DNA of 64,000 nt, taken from the NCBI GenBank assembly GCA_046598395.1, contig JBKJIQ010000008.1:33275-97274 (forward strand), written 5' to 3'. Both the position numbers and the translations under genes were made by a program. The notes below the pieces were generated by a model, which was not told the origin of the DNA, did not search any database, and worked only from the letters and a program-made list of their open reading frames with translations. This document shows, piece by piece, positions 8,739-17,246 of the stretch (position 1 is the stretch's first letter; the number at the start of each line of letters is the position of its first letter). This stretch comes from Acidimicrobiia bacterium (lineage in GTDB: Bacteria > Actinomycetota > Acidimicrobiia > IMCC26256 > JAENVU01).

Positions 8739-9709
8739 CGGGCGGTTCTCCGGCTGCGCCGGGCCGGGTTCGCGGTCGATGGATCAGGCCCGTCGGAATC
8801 CTCGGTGAGCCGGAGAAACACTTCTTCCAGGCTTGCTTGGCCGGTGCGCAACTCGGTCAGCTGCGTGTCGTGGTCACGCAGCCATGTTGTGAGTGACGCG
8901 ATCACGGCGGGCGACGGTGCGCCCTCCACGACGAACTCTGCTCCAGCCGTGCTGATCGAGCGGTCGAGCACGGCCGCGAGCGCGATGGCGTCGAAGGCGG
9001 TTGCCGTGGCGAACCGCAGCGTGGGTTCGGTGACCGTGTTCGTGACCTCGGTGGGCGTCCCATGGGCCACGATGGCGCCCCGGTCCAGGATGACGATCCG
9101 GTCGCAGAGCTGTTCGGCTTCGTCCATGTAGTGGGTCGTGAGTAACACCGTGGTTCCGTGATCGCAGAGATCGCGCACCAAGGCCCAGGTGTCCGCACGC
9201 GCCCGCGGGTCCATCCCTGCGGTCGGTTCATCGAGGAACACCAGCTCGGGCCGGCCGATCAGTGCCAATGCGAACGACAACCGCTGGGCTTGTCCGCCCG
9301 AGAGGCGCCGCACCATGGTGGAGGTCGCGTCGCGGAGTCCCACGAGATCGAGCAGGCGGTCGGGATCATCCGCGTTCTCGTAGAACGCGGCGAACAGTCG
9401 CAGCAACTCGAGCGGTCGTACGCCAGGGTAGAGACCACCCTCTTGAAGCATCACGCCGACGCGAGCCCGCAACGCGGTGGCATCCTTCACCGGATCAAGA
9501 CCGAAGATCCGGACCGTGCCGGCATCGGCAGTGCGGTAGCCCTCGAGGATCTCGACGGTGGTCGTCTTGCCCGCGCCGTTGGGCCCGAGAATCCCGAAGA
9601 TCTCCCCCGCCTCGATGGAGAGGTCGAGTCCGTCGACCGCATTTCGGTTGCCGTAGTGCTTGACGAGCCCGATGACCTCGATGGCGGGCGCGCTGGAGCC
9701 GCCGTTCAA
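8735..9709 (-). CDS. ABC transporter ATP-binding protein (DrrA-like)
   Basis: Walker A 'GPNGAGKTT', signature 'LSGGQAQRL', Walker B 'LVFLDEPT'. 4-nt overlaps with both neighbours. Confidence 0.9.
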   Translation of the reverse strand: MNGGSSAPAIEVIGLVKHYGNRNAVDGLDLSIEAGEIFGILGPNGAGKTTTVEILEGYRTADAGTVRIFGLDPVKDATALRARVGVMLQEGGLYPGVRPLELLRLFAAFYENADDPDRLLDLVGLRDATSTMVRRLSGGQAQRLSFALALIGRPELVFLDEPTAGMDPRARADTWALVRDLCDHGTTVLLTTHYMDEAEQLCDRIVILDRGAIVAHGTPTEVTNTVTEPTLRFATATAFDAIALAAVLDRSISTAGAEFVVEGAPSPAVIASLTTWLRDHDTQLTELRTGQASLEEVFLRLTEDSDGPDPSTANPARRSRRTAR

Positions 9710-10779
9710 CGATCCCGCCAGGCCACGAACGCACCGAGCTCAGCCAGGGCCTCGCGCGCATCGGCGGTGATCGGAGCGCGACCGAGCGCATCGAGACTCT
9801 CGGCCACGAGTGCTTCGATACCGTGCTCAACCTGGGCGACTGCACCGCAGTCGATCATCGTCTGCTGGATAGCGGCGATTTCCTCGCTCGTGATGTCGGG
9901 GGCACCGATGCGTTCGAGGAGCGCGCGGCCGGTGATGTCGGCCCGATCCGCGGTGGCCGCGACGAGCGGTGTGAGCTTGCCCTCGCGGAGGTCGTCGCCC
10001 ACCGGCTTGCCGGTGATCTCGGGATCGCCGAATACCGACAAGAGGTCATCGCGCATTTGGAACGCCTCGCCGAGCGGCAGGCCGAACGCGGAAAGTGGCG
10101 CCGTGAGTTCATCGGCGCGACCCGCGAGTGCGGCACCAAGGTGGAGGGGGCGTTCCACGGTGTACTTGCCACTCTTGTACCACTCGATGCGTCGGGCCTG
10201 CGCCGCGTCGCGAGCGCCCGACGCCGTGGCGGCGAGATCGAGATACTGGCCGACGCAGAGTTCGACCCGGAGCTCGTCGTAGATGGCGCGCGCCGCGGGT
10301 TCCAGCGCGCCGACGAGCATGTCGGCGTACACGAAGGCAAAATCTCCCACGAGGATTGCGACACCCTCGCCGAAACGCCGCCCCTCGCCGCGCCATCCGG
10401 ATTCCCGATGTTGGGTCATGGCCTCGGCATGGATCGAGGCTTGTCCGCGTCGGCGATCGGCGTTGTCCATGACGTCGTCGTGAACGAGCGCAAAGGTGTG
10501 CAGCAGTTCGAGGGCCGCGCCCACGTCGACCACCCGCCCATCGGCTGGGTTACCACCTGCACCAATGAAGGCCCAGTGGCAGAAGGCCGGGCGGAGTCGC
10601 TTCCCACCTGCAGTGACGAGCGACCGGAGAGCAACGAGTGGGGCCTCGAGGCCCGGATCGACGAGGGACCAGCGGACGATTTCGGCGTCGAGGAGGTCGC
10701 GCACACGGTTCTCAGTGGCGGCGCCGACCGAAGCGAGGCTGGGCGGCGGCGTCGGTACGACGTCGATGCGATCAGGCAT
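9706..10779 (-). CDS. polyprenyl diphosphate synthase (trans-isoprenyl diphosphate synthase family)
   Basis: First Asp-rich motif 'LVHDDVMDNADRRRG', second 'FQMRDDLLSVFGDPEITGKPVGDDLREGK'. Confidence 0.85.
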   Translation of the reverse strand: MPDRIDVVPTPPPSLASVGAATENRVRDLLDAEIVRWSLVDPGLEAPLVALRSLVTAGGKRLRPAFCHWAFIGAGGNPADGRVVDVGAALELLHTFALVHDDVMDNADRRRGQASIHAEAMTQHRESGWRGEGRRFGEGVAILVGDFAFVYADMLVGALEPAARAIYDELRVELCVGQYLDLAATASGARDAAQARRIEWYKSGKYTVERPLHLGAALAGRADELTAPLSAFGLPLGEAFQMRDDLLSVFGDPEITGKPVGDDLREGKLTPLVAATADRADITGRALLERIGAPDITSEEIAAIQQTMIDCGAVAQVEHGIEALVAESLDALGRAPITADAREALAELGAFVAWRDR

Positions 10780-10912
10780 TCGGGCACCTTAGAGGGCGAG
10801 CCGCGGCGATCGAGTTTCGATACGCCGCGATGATTCGGCGAGGCTGGGGTCGGGGGTATCGAGTGACCGGCTCAAAGTCGATACGATCCCGCGTCCGCAT
10901 CGAGGAGGCCCC

Positions 10913-12124
10913 ATGCCCGACATTTCCGTCGATCAGTTCACTGCCAGCGCGACCGAGTTCTTGGACGCGAATGCCGAGCGCCGCAGCGAATCACGGTTCG
11001 TGTGGGGTGAGGGAACCGACCGAGTCGGCATGCTCGACGAGAAGACGCCGGAGCAAGAGCAGGTCGAGATCGTTGAAGCCAAGGAGTGGAAGGCCAAGGA
11101 GTTCGACGCCGGGTTCGGTTGGATCACTGGTCCCGCCGAGTACGGCGGCGGCGGGCTGCACAAGGATCTCGACCGGGCGTACCGCGAGCTGGTTGCTCAG
11201 TATGCGATTCCTTCGCAGAGCCCGTTCGGCATCGGACTCGGGATGGTGGCGCCCACGATTCTGGCCCACGCGATTCCCGAAGTCCGCGAGAAGTACCTGC
11301 GCTCCATGTGGCGCGGTGACCTCATCGGATGTCAGCTGTTCTCGGAGCCGGTCGCCGGTTCGGATCTTGCGGGGATCCAAACCAAGGCCGAACGCGATGG
11401 TGACGAATGGATCGTGACGGGTCAGAAGGTATGGACGTCCGGCGCGCAGTATTCCGACATCGGCGAAATCATCACGCGCACGTCGCCGGACAAGCCGAAA
11501 CACAAGGGCATGACGATGCTCCTCGTGGATATGCATGCCCCCGGAATCGAGGTACGCCCGCTGCGCCAGATGACCGGCGGTGCGTCGTTCAACGAAGTCT
11601 TCTTCGACGAGGTGCGCGTGCATGACTCGCACCGGCTCGGCGATGTGGACGAGGGCTGGACGGTGGCGCTCACCACGCTGATGAACGAGCGAGCAAGCAT
11701 CGGTGGCGGTGGTGCCGGCGTGGGCTCGATGAGTATGACGCGGTTCTTCGAGATGGCGAGGCACTTCGGGCTCAACCACGACCCGTTGGTGCGCCAAGGC
11801 CTGGCCGACGTCTTCATCCGAATGGCAGTGGCGCGTTACACGAACCTGCGGGCCATGGAGAAGCTGCGCGCGGGTCAACTTCCTGGGCCGGAGATGTCGA
11901 TCGCCAAGCTGGTGTTGACCCAGAACATGCAACGGGTCAATCAGCTCGTGGGCGAGATGCTCGGACCCCGTCTTGCGGCCGACACCGGTGAGTGGGGAAC
12001 GTTCGCGTTCTCGGAAATGGTGCTCGGTACACCCGGGATGCGGGTGGCGGGCGGCACCGACGAAGTGATGCGCAACATCATCGGCGAGCGGGTCCTGGGG
12101 TTGCCGAAGGACCCGAAGCCGTAG
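10913..12124 (+). CDS. acyl-CoA dehydrogenase
   Basis: 'GQKVWTSGAQYSD', 'GGGLHKDLD' and C-terminal 'GGTDEVMRNIIGERVLGLP'. SD GAGGAGG at 10902-10908. Confidence 0.85.
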   Translation: MPDISVDQFTASATEFLDANAERRSESRFVWGEGTDRVGMLDEKTPEQEQVEIVEAKEWKAKEFDAGFGWITGPAEYGGGGLHKDLDRAYRELVAQYAIPSQSPFGIGLGMVAPTILAHAIPEVREKYLRSMWRGDLIGCQLFSEPVAGSDLAGIQTKAERDGDEWIVTGQKVWTSGAQYSDIGEIITRTSPDKPKHKGMTMLLVDMHAPGIEVRPLRQMTGGASFNEVFFDEVRVHDSHRLGDVDEGWTVALTTLMNERASIGGGGAGVGSMSMTRFFEMARHFGLNHDPLVRQGLADVFIRMAVARYTNLRAMEKLRAGQLPGPEMSIAKLVLTQNMQRVNQLVGEMLGPRLAADTGEWGTFAFSEMVLGTPGMRVAGGTDEVMRNIIGERVLGLPKDPKP

Positions 12125-12981
12125 TGCAGCCGTTCGAGCGCCTGCGGTATCTCGCACGTTGGTCGGATGCCGACGACGATGCCGCGCTCCTCGAGGAAGC
12201 CGCTGATTGCCTGGCGGGGTTCGCGGATGACCCGTTCGGGATCGTCATCGCGTGTCGTCGGCTGCTCGCGTATCACCCGAGCATCGCCCCGCTGTGGTGG
12301 TTGTGTGCACACGTGCTCGGCGCGGTTGATGCGCGCGAGGGTGCGTGGGCGGCGTGGCGCGCGTATCGCTCCGACTCCACCCCGCTTCGACTCGCGGGCG
12401 CGCTCCCATTTCCCCACGAGTCGCCGGTCGCGGTCGTCGGGTGGCCCGACGTTGTCCGCGACGGGCTCGCCGAGCGGATCGACCTCGAACTCCTCGCGGT
12501 GCGGTCCGGTCGGGCCGACACGCGGCTCTCGCGCCGGCTGCGTACCTCGGTGCAACAAGTCCGGGTCGTCGATGAAACCGAGTTGATGGTCCTCGCCCCC
12601 ACGCATCTGTTGGTGGCGCCGGTGGCGTCCGGTGGTGGACGCGTTCTGGTGGCCCCCGGCACCACGGCATTGGTGGCGGCAGGGCGGAGCGCGGGCGCCG
12701 CGATCTGGATCGTGGTGCCGCAAGGTTTTGCGCTCCCGGCCCGCATGCTCGAGGCGCTCGAGCGATCCACCGTCGAGTCACTCAGAGGCGTTGATCCGTA
12801 TCCCAGCTCGGACGCGGCCGCCATCGGCCGCCGCGAGGATGGTCTCGACGAGCTGCCCTACGAGGAGCTCGGTCTCGATCAGATCGACCAAGTGGTTGGG
12901 CCCAACGGTGCCGATGTTCCGTCCACGTTGCGCCACCGAGCCGACTGTGCGCCGGCACCAGAGTTGTTGCGAATCACCTGA
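12124..12981 (+). CDS. hypothetical protein, possibly a distant eIF-2B alpha/beta/delta-like fold
   Basis: Inner part of ORF 11992..12981. GTG 12124 shares its first base with the TAG of the dehydrogenase (TAGTG). The C-terminal half 'THLLVAPVASGGGRVLVAPGTTALVAAGRSAGAAIWIVVP' resembles the eIF-2B-family Rossmann-like core. Weak call made by eye. Confidence 0.45.
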   Translation: MQPFERLRYLARWSDADDDAALLEEAADCLAGFADDPFGIVIACRRLLAYHPSIAPLWWLCAHVLGAVDAREGAWAAWRAYRSDSTPLRLAGALPFPHESPVAVVGWPDVVRDGLAERIDLELLAVRSGRADTRLSRRLRTSVQQVRVVDETELMVLAPTHLLVAPVASGGGRVLVAPGTTALVAAGRSAGAAIWIVVPQGFALPARMLEALERSTVESLRGVDPYPSSDAAAIGRREDGLDELPYEELGLDQIDQVVGPNGADVPSTLRHRADCAPAPELLRIT

Positions 12982-13038
12982 CCGGCGCGGCTCTACAAAA
13001 ACGGACCGGTCTCAGCCGGCCGTGTTCCATCATGGGGC

Positions 13039-13872
13039 ATGACATCAATGGTACGAGCGACCGATGATCCCGCAGTGGTGCTGCGTGAGGCCAGTGCATT
13101 CCTTGCATCGGATCCGGTTCGCCACAATGCGATCCTTTCGTTGCTCCACGAGCGCATTGCCCACCCGGTACCGGGCCGGTATTGGATGATCGACGTTGAT
13201 GGCGAGATAGTGCGCGTCGTCTTCCAGTCGCCCCTGGACCATTTCGCCGCCGTCACACCGATGGCCGCGAAGGCGATCGGTCAAGTGGTCGTTGCCATCT
13301 CCGAGGATGGCGTGCAACTGCCCGGCGTCGATGGTGAAGCCGCGACTGCCGCGGGGTTCGCGGGCGCGTGGACCGAACGGACACGCTCGGCCGCGGTGCC
13401 CGTCCTCGGTGAACGCATCTACGAGGTGGGGACTGTCGTTCCGGCGCGACGGGCTGCGGGTGCGGCGCGGCTCGCAACCGCGGGCGACATTGACCGAGTC
13501 GCGCCGCTCCTCCGGGAGTTCGCGGCGGAGATCGACGAGGTCTCGGGCGATGAGGACGAGGTCACCCGCCGGCGGCTCGATGCCGGTCAGCTCTGGGTCT
13601 GGGAGGATCAGGAGATCGTGTCCGTGCTCGGGCTCTCCCGGCCGGTCGCGGGAGCAGTGCGTATCGGGCCGGTGTACACGCCGATCGATTTCCGCGCTCG
13701 GGGCTACGCCAGCGCATTGGTCGGATCGATCTCCGCCGGAGCACGCGCCGATGGGCTGGCGTGCTTGCTTTACACCGATCTCGGCAACGCCGGCTCGAAC
13801 GCGATCTATCGGGCGCTTGGATACGTGGCGGTGGCCGAGGGGATCCGCTACCGATTCGAACCGTCGAGCTGA
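13039..13872 (+). CDS. GNAT family N-acetyltransferase
   Basis: C-terminal acetyl-CoA-binding-like 'DFRARGYASALVGSI' and 'NAGSNAIYRALGY'. 277 aa. Confidence 0.7.
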   Translation: MTSMVRATDDPAVVLREASAFLASDPVRHNAILSLLHERIAHPVPGRYWMIDVDGEIVRVVFQSPLDHFAAVTPMAAKAIGQVVVAISEDGVQLPGVDGEAATAAGFAGAWTERTRSAAVPVLGERIYEVGTVVPARRAAGAARLATAGDIDRVAPLLREFAAEIDEVSGDEDEVTRRRLDAGQLWVWEDQEIVSVLGLSRPVAGAVRIGPVYTPIDFRARGYASALVGSISAGARADGLACLLYTDLGNAGSNAIYRALGYVAVAEGIRYRFEPSS

Positions 13873-13890
13873 ACCGCGGACCGACCCCGT

Positions 13891-14358
13891 CTACGGGAGC
13901 GGCGGCGAGTCCGGCGGCTCGATGGCCGGGGGCGGGTTGCGGGGCCGGCCGCCGGTGCCGCGGACGTCGATGACGCGGCCGTAGACCGCACCGGAGGCGC
14001 GGGTGAACTTGTGCCGCTGTGCCCATCGGCGCGGGAGGTAGCGGACCGCGGGAATCAAGAGCAGGAATCCGATCGCGTCGGTGATAAAGCCGGGGACGAG
14101 CAGCAGCATTCCCGCGGCCAGGAGTACGGCGCCGTCGACTGCTTCCGCGGCCGGGACCTCTCCCGCCCGCAACTGCGCCTGGGCCCGGCGCCAGGTGCTG
14201 ACCCCGACCCGCTTCACGAGGTACAGGCCAAGGAGCGAACACGCGATCAGCACCGCGAGCATCGGCAGATACCCGATGGCGTTGGCCACCTGAATGATCA
14301 CGTACAGCTCGGTCAGTGGCAGCACCACCAGCAAAATGAGGAGGGCGAAGACGAGCAC
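13891..14358 (-). CDS. fxsA: FxsA family membrane protein
   Basis: 'LPLTELYVIIQV', 'LLLVPGFITDAIGFLLLIP' and a Pro-rich tail are typical of FxsA. Confidence 0.8.
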   Translation of the reverse strand: MLVFALLILLVVLPLTELYVIIQVANAIGYLPMLAVLIACSLLGLYLVKRVGVSTWRRAQAQLRAGEVPAAEAVDGAVLLAAGMLLLVPGFITDAIGFLLLIPAVRYLPRRWAQRHKFTRASGAVYGRVIDVRGTGGRPRNPPPAIEPPDSPPLP

Positions 14359-14390
14359 GCGACCAGCGTAGGGCGCGCCACGCCGAGTCC

Positions 14391-15557
14391 TTACGCGTTC
14401 AGCGCGATCACGCCCGGTGCGTCGTCGAGGTCGATCAAGGCGCGGGTGCGGCGGAGATCGTCGATTCGGTCCATCTGGCGAGTGAGTGCACGGTTCCGCG
14501 TGCTGGACAGATCATCGAATGCCTTGGTGACCGTATTGAGACCGCGGCCCAACGCGTCCATCTTGTCGGTAAAGGCCCCCCACTGCTTGGTGAAATCTCC
14601 GAGGACCTCGAGGATGTCCGACGCAGTCCGTTCCAACCGGAAGTTCTCGACGGACTGGCGCACGACGGCGAGCACGGCGAAGAGCGTCATCGGCGAGCAC
14701 ATCACGATCTGCTGGCGCATCGCGTCGTCCAGCAGTGACGCGGCGTGCTCCTGGACGAACGCGTAGAGCTGCTCGTTCGGGATGAACAAAAGAACGCAGT
14801 CGACGCTCGACGGTGATCCGTCGGTGTAGTTGCGCGCTGCGAGTTCCTTGACCTTGGCTCGCACATCCTTCAGGAAATCATCCTTGTGGCGGGCCTGTTC
14901 GAGCTCGGACTCCGAGTTCACGTACCGCAGGTAGTTGTCGAGTGGGAACTTCACGTCCATGTAGAGGATCGCGTCCTGCGGGAGCAGGAAGGTGAAGTCG
15001 GGAATACCGGTCCCCGTCTCGACCGACTTCTGCTTGCGGTACTGCACGCCCTCCACGAACCCGGCGAGCCGCAACACATCCTCGGCCATTCGCTCGCCCC
15101 ACTGGCCTCGAGTCTTCGAGCTGGCGAGCGCTTCGCGCAGACCCTGCGCAGTCTGGGCCAGCTCTGCGATCCCGGCGCGTTGTTGTGCGAGTGCCCCGGA
15201 GAGCTGATCGATCTTGGTGCCGCGCTGGGATTCGAAATCGCGCACGAGTTCGGTGACCTTGCCGAGCTGTTCCTGCATGCTCGCGAACTGTTGCTCCATC
15301 TGGCTGCGATCGTGGGCGACCGACTCCCCCGCCCTCGTGCGTTCCGCGTCGAGGAGGGCGCGGTTGGTCTCGATGAGGTTGCCGAGCGCAGCCTGCTGCT
15401 GCTGTGCGGCGCTGCGCGCGATGCGATCGGCAATCTCGTCAGGGTCCGGTCCCACCGGCGCGTCGACCCGACCGCGTTGGACGACGACCGCGGCGGTACC
15501 GGCGGCAACGCCGATCACGATGACCATCAGGAGGGTGATGACTGCGAGGTTGACCAT
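14391..15557 (-). CDS. rmuC: DNA recombination protein RmuC
   Basis: ORF 14391..15713. N-terminal TM 'MVNLAVITLLMVIVIGVAAG', a long coiled coil, then the RmuC nuclease-like core ('IPDFTFLLP...YMDVKFPLDNY', 'LFIPNEQLY'). Start at ATG 15557 preferred; 15587 is possible. Confidence 0.8.
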   Translation of the reverse strand: MVNLAVITLLMVIVIGVAAGTAAVVVQRGRVDAPVGPDPDEIADRIARSAAQQQQAALGNLIETNRALLDAERTRAGESVAHDRSQMEQQFASMQEQLGKVTELVRDFESQRGTKIDQLSGALAQQRAGIAELAQTAQGLREALASSKTRGQWGERMAEDVLRLAGFVEGVQYRKQKSVETGTGIPDFTFLLPQDAILYMDVKFPLDNYLRYVNSESELEQARHKDDFLKDVRAKVKELAARNYTDGSPSSVDCVLLFIPNEQLYAFVQEHAASLLDDAMRQQIVMCSPMTLFAVLAVVRQSVENFRLERTASDILEVLGDFTKQWGAFTDKMDALGRGLNTVTKAFDDLSSTRNRALTRQMDRIDDLRRTRALIDLDDAPGVIALNA

Positions 15558-15610
15558 GTGATCAGCGTCGCACGGAGGTGAGACCATCGATTCGCCGGTC
15601 GTTTCTTCAG

Positions 15611-15658
15611 ACCTTCGTACGGTTTGCCCCCCTCTGGGGGGTGGATTCGAACGAAGGT
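15611..15658 (+). other. 48-nt extended imperfect hairpin in the rmuC / amidohydrolase divergent region
   Basis: The outer 8 bp ACCTTCGT/ACGAAGGT and inner 6 bp CCCCCC/GGGGGG (loop TCT) are perfect. The middle section pairs partly through G-U wobbles that exist only in the plus-strand RNA. Confidence 0.5.
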
Positions 15659-15715
15659 GTGGTGAAGCGGCGCGCCGCGGGCGACGACGGTCGGGGTGGG
15701 CGTAGCGTCGCACTC

Positions 15716-17173
15716 GTGGAATGGGATCCCGACGCGGAGTTGCCGATCAAGCTCGGACCGTGTTCGAACGGCGAGGAGCGTCCGGTACCGCTTGGTCCGG
15801 TGGAACTCGAGGCGATCCGGCGCACTCGTGAGGAAGCCGGCACCATCGCTCGCCGCCTCGGGATGGACCGGAGGAGCTTTCTCCGCAGCTTGAGCGGAGC
15901 GGCACTGATGCTCGGCACGCTCGCGGCGTGTCAGGACGATGCCAACAAGGCACGCGGCAAGCGCACCGGTGGGACCTACCGGCTCCCGAAGGACGCGGCC
16001 ACGGATGCCGACGCCGCCAACGCCGTGCTCGCAGGCAACGAGGTAATTTTCGACGTCCAGACCCACTATCTCGACTACGACCTCACCGGTCCCGGCACCG
16101 GCATTGCGGGCATCGATGGGTTGGTCAACTCCTTCCCGCAAGGTCGGTGCGGTGAGTCCGACGCGCGGGCGTGCTTCTCCGTTGAGCAGTATCTCGAACT
16201 CCTGTTCAACCAGTCCGACACGTCGCTGATGATCCTCACCGCGATCCCGATCCCGGAACAGGTGAACCCGCTCGACTGGGAAGCGATGCGTACGGCGCGC
16301 ACGCTGGCCGAGCAGGTGTGCGGCGATGGCCGGGTCCTCTTGCACGGTGGCGTGCAGCCCACGTACGGAGTTCCGGGCGCTCAGATCGACGGTATGGCTG
16401 CGCTGCGCCGCGACCACGGCATCGTCGGCTGGAAGGTCTACACGCACGCGCCCGGGGATGGCTGGTGGCTCGACGACCACGCCGCCGACGCGCCGCGAGT
16501 CGGCGAGTCGTTCCTCACTCGCGTCGAGGAAGTCGGGCCGAACATCGTGTGCGTGCATAAGGGCTTCTCGGGGGGCAGTGCGTTCGCGTCGCCCGTCGAC
16601 ATCGGCCCCGCGGCCAAGGCGCACCCGGATGTTCGCTTCGTCGTGTACCACTCCGGCTTCGAGGCCAGTGTTCCCGAGGGCGCGTACGACGAAGCGGGTC
16701 GAGGAGTCGACCGGCTCATCACGAGCCTCACCCGTGCGGGGATCGGTCCGGGGGCGAACGTGTATGCCGAACTCGGCTCCACGTGGTGGAACCTGATGCG
16801 CGACCCCACCCAAGCGGCCCACGTGCTCGGCAAGCTGCTCGTGGCAGTCGGTCCCGAGAACGTGCTGTGGGGTACCGATTCGCTCTGGTACGGCTCACCC
16901 CAGGATCAGATCCAGGCGTTCCGGGCCATCGAGATCTCGACCGAGCTCCAGGAGCGGTACGGCTATCCGGCGTTGACCAAGGAACTCAAGCGCAAGATCC
17001 TCGGCACGAACGGACTCGCGCTCTACGGCTTGGACGCGCCCACCAAGACCTGCGAGTTCTCCCGCGACGAGTTAGCGAAAGCGCGCGAGACGAGCGGGGT
17101 GTCCTGGCGCACCTACGGTCCGTCGACTGATCGCGGGTTGCGCGCCTTGCTCGCCTCCCACGCGGTGATCTGA
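15716..17173 (+). CDS. amidohydrolase family protein with a Tat-type lipoprotein signal
   Basis: ORF 15578..17173. 'MDRRSFLRSLSGAALMLGTLAAC' is a twin-arginine motif plus lipobox. 'FDVQTHY', 'VCVHKGF', 'VVYHSGF' and 'VLWGTDS' are amidohydrolase metal-site motifs. Start is GTG 15716 or ATG 15863 (see findings). Confidence 0.75.
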   Translation: MEWDPDAELPIKLGPCSNGEERPVPLGPVELEAIRRTREEAGTIARRLGMDRRSFLRSLSGAALMLGTLAACQDDANKARGKRTGGTYRLPKDAATDADAANAVLAGNEVIFDVQTHYLDYDLTGPGTGIAGIDGLVNSFPQGRCGESDARACFSVEQYLELLFNQSDTSLMILTAIPIPEQVNPLDWEAMRTARTLAEQVCGDGRVLLHGGVQPTYGVPGAQIDGMAALRRDHGIVGWKVYTHAPGDGWWLDDHAADAPRVGESFLTRVEEVGPNIVCVHKGFSGGSAFASPVDIGPAAKAHPDVRFVVYHSGFEASVPEGAYDEAGRGVDRLITSLTRAGIGPGANVYAELGSTWWNLMRDPTQAAHVLGKLLVAVGPENVLWGTDSLWYGSPQDQIQAFRAIEISTELQERYGYPALTKELKRKILGTNGLALYGLDAPTKTCEFSRDELAKARETSGVSWRTYGPSTDRGLRALLASHAVI

Positions 17174-17221
17174 GCGGACCCGCTCGTTTCGCGGCGCGTT
17201 CGCGTCGCCCCAGCGACCGAA
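17172..17221. terminator. hairpin pair between convergent genes (candidate terminators)
   Basis: GAGCGG(ac)CCGCTC at 17172-17185, followed by GTTTC. A second hairpin TTCG-C-GTCGC/GCGAC-CGAA lies at 17199-17221. Located between stop 17171-17173 (+) and stop 17247-17249 (-). Confidence 0.35.
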
Positions 17222-17246
17222 TCGCGACACGAAACGGATGCACGCG

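Noticed and set aside
10817-10885. The octamer TCGATACG occurs twice (10817-10824 and 10878-10885), with one inverted TATCGA (10857-10862), in the polyprenyl synthase / acyl-CoA dehydrogenase divergent region. It could be an operator.
   Set aside because: An 8-mer repeated within about 130 bp has roughly a 10% chance expectation. There is no dyad symmetry or regular spacing, and no regulator gene is adjacent.
15641-15655. The string GGATTCGAAC, whose reverse complement GTTCGAATCC resembles a tRNA T-loop, suggested a hidden tRNA between rmuC and the amidohydrolase.
   Set aside because: On neither strand do the flanks form a T-stem, an acceptor stem or an anticodon arm. The string is simply part of the 3' half of the 48-nt hairpin at 15611-15658.
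15578-15715. The ORF-track start of the amidohydrolase ORF encodes MRPSIRRSFLQTF, which looks like a twin-arginine motif.
   Set aside because: It is not followed by a hydrophobic h-region or a cleavage site. It runs through the 48-nt hairpin, and a complete Tat/lipobox signal exists 95 codons downstream. The resemblance is judged fortuitous.
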